Part shown: positions 19,914-27,242 of the stretch, piece by piece | How the letters are laid out: every line of letters starts with the position of its first letter | Position numbering within the stretch: position 1 is the stretch's first letter | DNA from: an uncultured Mycoplasmatota bacterium | GTDB taxonomy: Bacteria > Bacillota_I > Bacilli_A > RF39 > UBA660 | Direction: 5' to 3' | Length of the DNA stretch: 32,000 nt | Assembly (NCBI GenBank): GCA_900548695.1 | Contig: URLC01000001.1 | Coordinates: 239,577-271,576 of the forward strand | The notes under the pieces: generated by a model | What the model was told of the DNA's origin: nothing | Database searches by the model: none | What the model saw: the letters and a program-made list of their open reading frames with translations, nothing else | Position numbers and translations under genes: made by a program

Positions 19914-20402
19914 ATGAAAAAAGAAAATTTAAATGAATATGTAAAAAAAATATCAGAAATTTTAGATGACAAAATTAAAATTATTACCTCAATCAAATAT
20001 TATTATGATTTAGAAGAACTTACTTCTTCATTAAATAACTTATCTAATGAAGAAGTAGAAAATGTATTAGAACAATTAATTAATGCAAAATTAGAAGAAA
20101 TACAGAAAAGTAGTAAGGTAGATAAATTTAGAGAAAATAATAGATTAGTTGATGATGTAACTGAATTTTTTTATGATAATAAAGAAGAAAATGGGACTAT
20201 TTTTGAAGAAGGCAGTTGTATAGCGTCTGATTTGATTTTAAAAGTAATTGGTATAAATGGTAGAAAGATTAAATTACCTGTAAAAATTTCATATGTAAAA
20301 GAATATTGTATAAGTAATTTGATTGAGGAAAAAAATATTAGAAAAACATTATTGTGGATAGTTTTAGAACTATCAGTTGTAAGTTATTTTTTAAACAATT
20401 AA
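19914..20402 (+). CDS. Hypothetical protein with a C-terminal TM helix
   Basis: Start at ATG 19914 (RBS aaggag). C-terminal TLLWIVLELSVVSYFL. Confidence 0.45.
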   Translation: MKKENLNEYVKKISEILDDKIKIITSIKYYYDLEELTSSLNNLSNEEVENVLEQLINAKLEEIQKSSKVDKFRENNRLVDDVTEFFYDNKEENGTIFEEGSCIASDLILKVIGINGRKIKLPVKISYVKEYCISNLIEEKNIRKTLLWIVLELSVVSYFLNN

Positions 20403-20524
20403 AAATAAAATATATAAGTAGTAGTTAGCAGTACCTAAATCTACCTTTTTAAGACACTTCTAATACTATGGAAGTGCTTTATATTGTAATTAAGTTATAT
20501 TTATATAGAAAAGAGCGTGATTTG

Positions 20525-21112
20525 ATGTTACAAGTTAGTAGAACCAACAATCTTAAAGTTCCAAAAACATTAGAAAATACTATTGATAATTTAAATAGTG
20601 TTGATGACAAAGTTGCAGTAAAACAAGCTCTGGCAACAGCAAATAATCAAAAATTTAATAAGAATAAAGTAAAAGAAAATATTGAAAAAGATGGTGAATT
20701 AGAAAGAATTGAAAAGATTCCATTTAATGCAAACGATTTAATGGTTATTACAGTTGTAAAAAAATTAGGAGCTTATATAATTGCAGTTACTGAAAAATCT
20801 CCTGCTAAATATAGAGGTGTGTTTGTTAATCGCATGCAAAATTTATCATTAGAAATATTAGAGTTGCTTTTACAAGCAAATTTTGTAAGAATAGATTGCT
20901 TAGATAATAAAAAAAAGAGAGAAGAATATCAAAAGGATGCAATAGTAAAGTTAAAAATGCTAGGATATATTTCAATGGTAGCAGAAAATTCAAATTGCAT
21001 TTTATCTAGGCAATTTAAACAAATCTCTATTCAAATTGGTGAATCTATTAACTTAATAGCTGCATGGAAGAAAAGCGACGATTCTAGATGGAACAGTCGT
21101 ACAAATAATTAA
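20525..21112 (+). CDS. avd: Avd-like DGR accessory protein (four-helix-bundle type) with an N-terminal extension
   Basis: Position is immediately 5' of the TR. The C-terminal ~125 aa follow the Avd pattern (SPAKYRGVFVNRMQNLSLEILELLLQAN ... LSRQFKQISIQIGESINLIAAWKKSD). The ATG at 20468 sits inside a hairpin, so I prefer 20525. The assignment rests on pattern memory, not a search. Confidence 0.5.
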   Translation: MLQVSRTNNLKVPKTLENTIDNLNSVDDKVAVKQALATANNQKFNKNKVKENIEKDGELERIEKIPFNANDLMVITVVKKLGAYIIAVTEKSPAKYRGVFVNRMQNLSLEILELLLQANFVRIDCLDNKKKREEYQKDAIVKLKMLGYISMVAENSNCILSRQFKQISIQIGESINLIAAWKKSDDSRWNSRTNN

Positions 21113-21156
21113 AGGATTTTAAACCGAAAGGTTTTTAATTAAGTAAATAATTTATT

Positions 21157-21482
21157 CTAGCGGCATTGCTAGTTTTGCGCCTTTGGCGCAGGGCTTTGTC
21201 TTTGTCCGCGCGGTCAATAAGAATGGTAATAGGAACAACAAATATAGATACAAACGCAATGGTGTTGTTCGCCCAGATTTGCTTTTGAAGAGATTATAAA
21301 ATCTAAAAAACAGGTCAGAGAAATATATTTTAAGTAAAATATATCAGAACTTTAAAGCAAAGGAATTATTTACTTTTCTAACCGCTATAATAGTGCGGTG
21401 GATAGATTTTAGTGCTCACACCAACAACGATATGTATGTATTTTTGAAGGTTAAAAAGGGGCACTTTTTTGGTGGTGATTAT
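21157..21482 (+). ncRNA. DGR template RNA region: two 5' GC-rich hairpins, the TR, and a ~200-nt structured spacer running up to the RT start
   Basis: Hairpins CTAGC-ggcatt-GCTAG (21157-21172) and TGCGCC-ttt-GGCGCA (21176-21190). TR at 21203-21282. Spacer hairpins ATATATTTT-aagt-AAAATATAT (21323-21344) and ACCGC-tataatagt-GCGGT. Possible long-range pairing CACCAA/TTGGTG. Transcript ends are not determined. Confidence 0.45.
21203..21282 (+). repeat. DGR template repeat (TR)
   Basis: 80-bp match to 22807-22886. All 14 mismatches are at A in this copy. Non-coding and locally GC-rich in an AT-rich genome. Confidence 0.92.
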
Positions 21483-22511
21483 ATGAATTTAGAAAATATA
21501 TTTAGCTTTGAAAACTTATATGATGCACATAAAAAATGTAGAAAATCAAAACAACATAAAGGTGAAGTTATAAGATTTGAAGTAAATATTTCAGAGAATA
21601 TTTATAAATTACAAAAAGAAATAATATCAAGGAAATATAAAGTAGGAAAATATAAGGAATTTATAATATATGAACCAAAAGAAAGATTAATACAAGCTCT
21701 TCCATATAGAGATAGAATTGTATTAAGATGTTTTTGCGATAATGTTTTAATTCCAAAGATTGAAAAAAAACTAATAAATGATAATGTTGCTTGTAGAAAA
21801 GGCAAAGGAACAAAATATGGAATGGATAGATTGAAATATTTTTTGCAAAAAGAATATTTTAAGAATAATGATAATAAAGTCTATTATTTGAAATGTGATA
21901 TTCGCAAATATTTTCCTAGCATTAACCATAATATTTTAATAAATAATCTAAAAAGGATTGACTTTACAGGTGATGAATTTTGGTTTATAAAAAAAATTAT
22001 AAATGAACAACCTGATAATTTAGAAAGAGGGTTAGCATTAGGTAATCAATCAAGTCAATGGTTTGCTTTATACTATCTTGATAAAATTGATAGATTGATC
22101 AAAGAAGAATTGCAAATTAAAAGTTATGTAAGATATATGGATGATTTTATTCTACTTCATCGTGATAAAAAGTATTTACAATATTGTTTAGAAAAAATAA
22201 ATAATGTTTGTATTGAAAAATTAGATTTGGAACTTAATCAAAAAACACAAATAGGACTTGCATATAATGGAATTGATTTTTTAGGTTTTAATCATATTTT
22301 AACCAATAGTGGTAAGGTTATTAGAAAACTTAGGTTTTCATCTAAGCAGAGAATGAGAAAACATATTAAAACCATAAGAAAACTTAAAGATAAATCCATA
22401 ATTGATGAAGAGTATGTTGGTATGAGAATTAACGCTTTTAAAGCACATTTAAAACATTCTAATGAAAAGAGTGTGGACAAATTATTATCCAATTTAGATA
22501 AAAAAATATAA
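21483..22511 (+). CDS. DGR-type reverse transcriptase
   Basis: Start at ATG 21483 (MNLENIFSFENLYDAHKKC...). Motif LGNQSSQ (22038-22058) is the DGR-RT [I/L]GxxxSQ signature. Catalytic YMDD at 22134-22145. No maturase or endonuclease domains. Confidence 0.9.
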   Translation: MNLENIFSFENLYDAHKKCRKSKQHKGEVIRFEVNISENIYKLQKEIISRKYKVGKYKEFIIYEPKERLIQALPYRDRIVLRCFCDNVLIPKIEKKLINDNVACRKGKGTKYGMDRLKYFLQKEYFKNNDNKVYYLKCDIRKYFPSINHNILINNLKRIDFTGDEFWFIKKIINEQPDNLERGLALGNQSSQWFALYYLDKIDRLIKEELQIKSYVRYMDDFILLHRDKKYLQYCLEKINNVCIEKLDLELNQKTQIGLAYNGIDFLGFNHILTNSGKVIRKLRFSSKQRMRKHIKTIRKLKDKSIIDEEYVGMRINAFKAHLKHSNEKSVDKLLSNLDKKI

Positions 22512-22576
22512 AATTCGCAAAAATAGTAAGAAAAAATGATTTCATATGGTAAAATATAGATGTGGTGATGATAAAA

Positions 22577-24499
22577 ATGAATAATCAAGATTTAACTTTA
22601 TTGTCGGAAGGACAAATTTGGGGTAATGATAAAGAATCTCAATTAGAAGTAATAAGAAAGTATGGAACAAAAGCTGCAATCACAGATTTATGTGTATTGA
22701 CAGGTAGCTATTTATGCGAAGATACAGATTATAATATTGATGAAGATAGTTCTTTAAAAGGCAGAACTAGTTGGTTTTGGACTAGATCTGATGATAACGA
22801 TAATGATGTCCGCGCGGTCCGTAAGTCTGGTAATAGGGGCCTCGAATATAGTTACACTCGCGATGGTGTTGTTCGCCCAGCTTTGCAATCTTCTGTAATT
22901 TTTTCTCAAATCTCCCCGAACAGAGTGAGGGGATACAACGGAACTGAAGAAGTAGAATATGGAGAATATCCACAATATGCTGCTGATTCAAGAATGCAAA
23001 GTATATTAGAATCAGAATATAATAGGGGAATGAATAAAACTGGAAGAAGTTATACATTTGATTCAGTAAAATATGATGATTATGATACAGGATTCAAACC
23101 AGTAACTTATGAAGAATATGAATATCAAGGAAAGAGATATATTCGTATAAGAGCAAATTCTGATTTTGGTGGAAATAAATTTAAACTTTCAAATGGTGTT
23201 GAATATAGAGATGGCGATTGTGTTTGGCTAGAAGTATCGCCTGTAAAATGGTTAATTGATGATAGAACAGGAATATTAGTTTCAAAATTAGGGTTAGTTT
23301 CTGGAATAAGATTTCTTGATAGAAATCATAATTATAAAGGTGATTTTAGTAGAACAGAAATGAAGGAATATCTTGATAGATATATGATACGCGATTTGAC
23401 TCAAACAGCAACATTTACTCGTATTCAAGATATGACACCAGAAGAAAAAACTCAATTTGAAGAAGAAAGAAAACAAGCTGAAAAAAGAAGAAATCCTTAT
23501 GGTTTAAAATTTGGACAAGTTAGTGAAGAAGAAATTATTAAGGGTGCAATAGAAAGTGGTATAGCAGTATTCTTGCATGGCCCTTCATCAGAAGGTAAAT
23601 CTGCAAGGGTAAAACAAATAGATCCTGATTGTGTAATTATTTATCTAAGAAATGCGACACCAGAAAGTTTAAATGGTAAAAGTGTTTACAATCAAGCAAC
23701 AGGTGAGATGATTGATGTTAAGCCAAGTTGGTTAAAAAAATTAGAAGAAAAATGCGAAAAAGAGCCAGATAGATTTCATATTGTATTTTTAGATGAAATT
23801 ACAAATGCACTACCAAGTATTCAAGGTATAGCATTTAATATAGTATTAGATAGAGAAGTTAATGGTATTTGGAAATTACCAGATAATGCAAGAATTGTTG
23901 CAGCAGGAAATGATATGAAAGATTCATTAGCGGCAAATCAATTAGCAGAACCATTATTTAATAGATTTGCTCATGTTTATATTAAAACAACTGCTGAAAG
24001 TTGGTTAAAATGGGCAAGTGAACATAATATACACCCTGCTATTTATTCATATATTGCTTATAAAAAAGGCGAAACATTAAGAAGTAAATATGATGGTGAA
24101 AAACCTAATGCAGATCCAAGAAAATGGGAAATGGCTTCTAAAATGTTATACGCAACAGGAAGTCCAGAAATGTTAAGAGCATTAGTAGGAGAGGATATAA
24201 CAAGAGAATTTGTACAATTTTGTAATCAACAAGTTATAACGCTAGATGATGTAATAAATGAAAATTATACCCAAAGAGACATACAAGCATTAAATACAGC
24301 AGAAAGATATGCGACAACTATGGGATTATCACAAGTTGATGATAACAACTTAGAAAAAGTAAGAGGTTTTGTTACAGGATTAGGAGCAGAGTTTGGGGCT
24401 ATTTTTGATGCTTTATGGACACATGGCGATGAAAGTAAATTAGAAAGACTTGCAGAAGTAAAACTTGCTGAAATGTCAGAAGGAGGTATAAGAAGATAA
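22577..24499 (+). CDS. DGR variable (target) protein: an N-terminal CLec/DUF6273-like ligand-binding domain carrying the VR, fused to a MoxR/AAA_5-type AAA+ ATPase
   Basis: Probable start is ATG 22577 (RBS ggtga; the ORF track starts at GTG 22562). FLLS-like LTLLSE, WFWTRS and GVVRPAL motifs flank the VR (codons 78-104). Walker A GPSSEGKS (23580-23603), Walker B IVFLDEI, sensor-1 VAAGN, NRF arginine. No signal peptide or TM helix. Confidence 0.85.
   Translation: MNNQDLTLLSEGQIWGNDKESQLEVIRKYGTKAAITDLCVLTGSYLCEDTDYNIDEDSSLKGRTSWFWTRSDDNDNDVRAVRKSGNRGLEYSYTRDGVVRPALQSSVIFSQISPNRVRGYNGTEEVEYGEYPQYAADSRMQSILESEYNRGMNKTGRSYTFDSVKYDDYDTGFKPVTYEEYEYQGKRYIRIRANSDFGGNKFKLSNGVEYRDGDCVWLEVSPVKWLIDDRTGILVSKLGLVSGIRFLDRNHNYKGDFSRTEMKEYLDRYMIRDLTQTATFTRIQDMTPEEKTQFEEERKQAEKRRNPYGLKFGQVSEEEIIKGAIESGIAVFLHGPSSEGKSARVKQIDPDCVIIYLRNATPESLNGKSVYNQATGEMIDVKPSWLKKLEEKCEKEPDRFHIVFLDEITNALPSIQGIAFNIVLDREVNGIWKLPDNARIVAAGNDMKDSLAANQLAEPLFNRFAHVYIKTTAESWLKWASEHNIHPAIYSYIAYKKGETLRSKYDGEKPNADPRKWEMASKMLYATGSPEMLRALVGEDITREFVQFCNQQVITLDDVINENYTQRDIQALNTAERYATTMGLSQVDDNNLEKVRGFVTGLGAEFGAIFDALWTHGDESKLERLAEVKLAEMSEGGIRR
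22807..22886 (+). repeat. DGR variable repeat (VR)
   Basis: Cognate of the TR. 9 codons differ: N->R, N->S, N->G, N->L, K->E, R->S, K->T, N->D, D->A relative to the TR-encoded sequence. Confidence 0.92.
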
Positions 24500-24891
24500 T
24501 GGGAGATAAGAAAGAAATATTACTATCATATATAAGAGTAAATGTTGCACCAATTTTAGTTGATTTTATATTTGGTAAAGATATAAATGGTGCTGTTGTA
24601 TTACCTGCCAATGTTGATGTTAAAGAGTTAAATGGTCATTATGATGGAACTGATTTTATGCCACCAAAATGGCTTAGTGAAATATTAAGTACAAATGCAA
24701 GTAAAATTTTAGTGATTGATAAAATTGATGCAATAGCAAAAGAAGAACAATTAAAATTCTGTGAATTGTTAGAACATAGAAAAATATCTACATTTGAATT
24801 ACCAAAAAGTTGTGTGATAATTGTAACAGCAAACGAAATAAATAAAGATAAGATAAATGAAGAAATATTCTCATTAGTTGCACGAATTTGA
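24499..24891 (+). CDS. Small protein resembling a P-loop-less AAA+ core fragment
   Basis: The start ATG overlaps the upstream stop (TAATG), which suggests translational coupling. ILVIDKIDAI (Walker-B-like) and IIVTAN (sensor-1-like) are present, but there is no GxxxxGK[ST]. Confidence 0.55.
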   Translation: MGDKKEILLSYIRVNVAPILVDFIFGKDINGAVVLPANVDVKELNGHYDGTDFMPPKWLSEILSTNASKILVIDKIDAIAKEEQLKFCELLEHRKISTFELPKSCVIIVTANEINKDKINEEIFSLVARI

Positions 24892-24901
24892 GGTATAAGT
24901 T

Positions 24902-26482
24902 ATGAAATATGATATTGCAGCATTAAAAAGAAAAATGCTTGTTAAATATCCCTTTTTTGGGAGTGTAGTAGCAAGTGTAGATTATAAAGAAAACAAAGAT
25001 ATACCAACCGCAGGTACAGATGGAGAAACAATTTACTATAATCCTAAATATTTAGAAAGTTTAAGTGTTGAAGAACAAACTTTTATATTTGCTCATGAAG
25101 TATGTCATATTGCATTTAATCATATCTTAAGAAGTGAAGGCAAAGATCCAGAGTTATGGAATATTGCTACAGATGGTGTTATTAATCAGTTTTTAAAACG
25201 AGACGGATTAAAAATGGCTCTGGGGGGTGTTGATATGGCAGAAGCTATTAATTACGATGCTGAACAGTTATATGACAAACTATTACAAGAAAAACAACAA
25301 AGACAACAACAAAATGGACAAGGTAATAATCAAAGTGAACAAGGTAATCAGCAACAAAATCAACAACAAAGCAGTGGTAGTAGTCAAGGCGAAAATGGTC
25401 AACAACAATCTCAATCACAACAACAAACTGGCGATTCACAAAATCAAGAAGACCAGAAACAAGATAGTGATGCAGGACAAAGTGGAGATGAACAGCAACA
25501 ATCTCAACAACAAAATAGTTCTAATAGTGGAAACTCACAAGAACAAGATAAGCAATCCCAAGAACAAAGCGGTGGTGACTCTGGAAAAGATTTACAAGAA
25601 GAAGATAAATCAAAGCAAGATGTTGGACATGATACTCATAGTATGTGGGAGCAAGCAGTTAAAAAGCACAAAGAGCAGCAAGAAAAATCTGATAAAAAAG
25701 AGAGCTTATTAGATAAACTTTTAGGAAAAGATGCAAAAGAAAAAGAAAAGAATGAACTAGAAAAGAAACAAGAAGAACTTGAGAGCATGGGAGAAAAAGA
25801 TGCTTTTAAGAAAAATCTTGAAGATAAGAAAAAGCAACTTGAAGAATTAAAAGAAGCAATTTCTAAACAAGCATCACAAGCAGGAACTTCAACAAATAGA
25901 GATGTTAGAATAGTTAATGATATTGGTACTGCAAAACCAATAGTTGATTGGCGATATGTTTTGAGAGAAGCAATTAAATATGATGTAGATTGGTCATATA
26001 AAAATGCTACATTAGAAGATGGAGTTGTTACTGCTAATTTAGAAGAGCAACCAATGCCAGAAACTGAAATTGTTCTTGATACAAGTGGTTCAATAAATGA
26101 AGTATTATTAAAGAACTTTTTAAGAGAATGTAAGAATATATTACAACATACTAAATTAAAAGTAGGATGTTTTGATACAGAATTTTATGGATTTTATGAA
26201 ATTAGAACAGAAGAAGATATAGAAAATATGCGATTTGAAGGTGGTGGAGGAACTGATTTTGATGTTGCTGTAGGTGCTTTTTCAAGAAGAGTAGAAAATA
26301 AAATAATATTTACTGATGGAGAAGCTTCAATGCCAGATATGCCACTTGATGCAATATGGATAGTATTTGGTGGAGAAAGAATTAATCCGAAAGGTGGGAA
26401 AGTGATTCACATTACACCTGAACAATTAGACAGACTATATTCATATGAAATGAATATAAAATCAAAGGGAAAAACAAGATAG
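24902..26482 (+). CDS. Putative Zn-metallopeptidase (DUF2201_N-like, HExxH) - Q/S/N/E-rich disordered linker - coiled coil - VWA-like domain protein
   Basis: HEVCH at 25094-25108. Low-complexity Q-rich stretch at aa 129-240. K/E-rich heptad-like stretch at aa 250-325. MIDAS-like DTSGS at 26078-26092. VWA proteins are the classical partners of MoxR-class ATPases. Confidence 0.8.
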   Translation: MKYDIAALKRKMLVKYPFFGSVVASVDYKENKDIPTAGTDGETIYYNPKYLESLSVEEQTFIFAHEVCHIAFNHILRSEGKDPELWNIATDGVINQFLKRDGLKMALGGVDMAEAINYDAEQLYDKLLQEKQQRQQQNGQGNNQSEQGNQQQNQQQSSGSSQGENGQQQSQSQQQTGDSQNQEDQKQDSDAGQSGDEQQQSQQQNSSNSGNSQEQDKQSQEQSGGDSGKDLQEEDKSKQDVGHDTHSMWEQAVKKHKEQQEKSDKKESLLDKLLGKDAKEKEKNELEKKQEELESMGEKDAFKKNLEDKKKQLEELKEAISKQASQAGTSTNRDVRIVNDIGTAKPIVDWRYVLREAIKYDVDWSYKNATLEDGVVTANLEEQPMPETEIVLDTSGSINEVLLKNFLRECKNILQHTKLKVGCFDTEFYGFYEIRTEEDIENMRFEGGGGTDFDVAVGAFSRRVENKIIFTDGEASMPDMPLDAIWIVFGGERINPKGGKVIHITPEQLDRLYSYEMNIKSKGKTR

Positions 26483-26536
26483 ACAATTTATGAAATATAA
26501 AATAATCTCTATATCTAATTAAAATTCCATAAAAAA

Positions 26537-26675
26537 CTATCTTTAAGACAAGATAGTAACACACTACCAAGATGGACAAGCCATCTAGGAATAGTGTGCA
26601 AAGGGAGAACCCTTTTGAAACCCCATTTAAGCAACATACCACAAACTAATCGTAAGTGGTATTGTTGCCTTTTTA
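26537..26675 (+). ncRNA. Candidate structured RNA / structured 3' UTR downstream of the VWA gene
   Basis: Four consecutive stem-loops. (1) CTATCTT/AAGATAG. (2) Nested CACACTA...TAGTGTG enclosing AGATGG/CCATCT. (3) AAGGG-agaa-CCCTT. (4) A terminal 12-13-bp terminator hairpin. Confidence 0.3.
26631..26675 (+). terminator. Intrinsic terminator ending the DGR/AAA+/VWA transcription unit
   Basis: GCAACATACCAC (26631-26642) pairs with GTGGTATTGTTGC (26656-26668) with one bulge, followed by CTTTTTATTT. Confidence 0.65.
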
Positions 26676-26761
26676 TTTAAATCAAGTTTAAATAAAAAGA
26701 AGAATGCTATCGCCAATTTCATTGCTAAAGCAACAAAACTTGCCACGCATTCTTATATGAA

Positions 26762-26810
26762 AAATAGCCTAATACCTAATCTAACGAAAAGGTAAAAGGC
26801 TATTTTTTTT
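26762..26810. terminator. Bidirectional terminator
   Basis: AAATAGCCT...AGGCTATTT with inner ACCT/AGGT pairing. A-run on the left and T8 on the right. Lies 3' of the minus-strand gene 26814-27242. Confidence 0.5.
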
Positions 26811-26813
26811 GTA

Positions 26814-27242
26814 TTATTTATTATCTTTTAATAATTTAATAGTATCTTTTTTAGCATTCCATATTGATAGATAATTAAATAATACAAATTCTATTGTCAT
26901 AATAAAGTATCCGATTATGACATAGTTGTTTTTCATTACTTCATTATTAAATTGATTAAAAAATGCAATTATTAAAAGTAAACTACCATAAAACACAACT
27001 AATAATGTTGTACTATCATCAAAACCTCTCCTAATAGTTTTTGATTTATTTTTATCAACATCTAATCCTAATTTGCTCCAAGCATTAAGATCTAACAATA
27101 CACCACACATAAGAAACATACTAGCAACCCAAAACATATTCTTAAAATAATCAGTTGCAATAGTTTGTGTTAATACAAAACTTACTATAACAAATATACA
27201 TAATAGTATAACTAAAATATTTAATATTTTTCTATTTCGCAT
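26814..27242 (-). CDS. Hypothetical four-TM membrane protein
   Basis: Hydrophobic segments throughout. Its start overlaps the 3' end of the upstream XRE gene, so the two are likely co-transcribed. Confidence 0.55.
   Translation of the reverse strand: MRNRKILNILVILLCIFVIVSFVLTQTIATDYFKNMFWVASMFLMCGVLLDLNAWSKLGLDVDKNKSKTIRRGFDDSTTLLVVFYGSLLLIIAFFNQFNNEVMKNNYVIIGYFIMTIEFVLFNYLSIWNAKKDTIKLLKDNK

Noticed and set aside
21483-22511. The reverse transcriptase could be a retron, group II intron or other defence-associated RT
   Set aside because: An adjacent TR with a cognate VR and A-only mismatches, the [I/L]GxxxSQ motif and an Avd-like neighbour all point to a DGR. There are no intron RNA domains or maturase/endonuclease domains, and no msr/msd-style flanking inverted repeats.
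22754-23476. Minus-strand ORFs 22754-22975, 22782-23057 and 23294-23476 overlap the VR region and the target gene
   Set aside because: They are antisense shadow ORFs inside a well-supported plus-strand gene. They have no RBS and their composition is implausible.
25227-25712. Alternative-frame ORFs (25227-25712 plus strand, 25248-25439 minus strand) in the Q-rich region
   Set aside because: These are artefacts of low-complexity CAA/AAC-rich DNA, which stays open in several frames. The frame containing the HExxH and VWA domains is continuous and is the real one.
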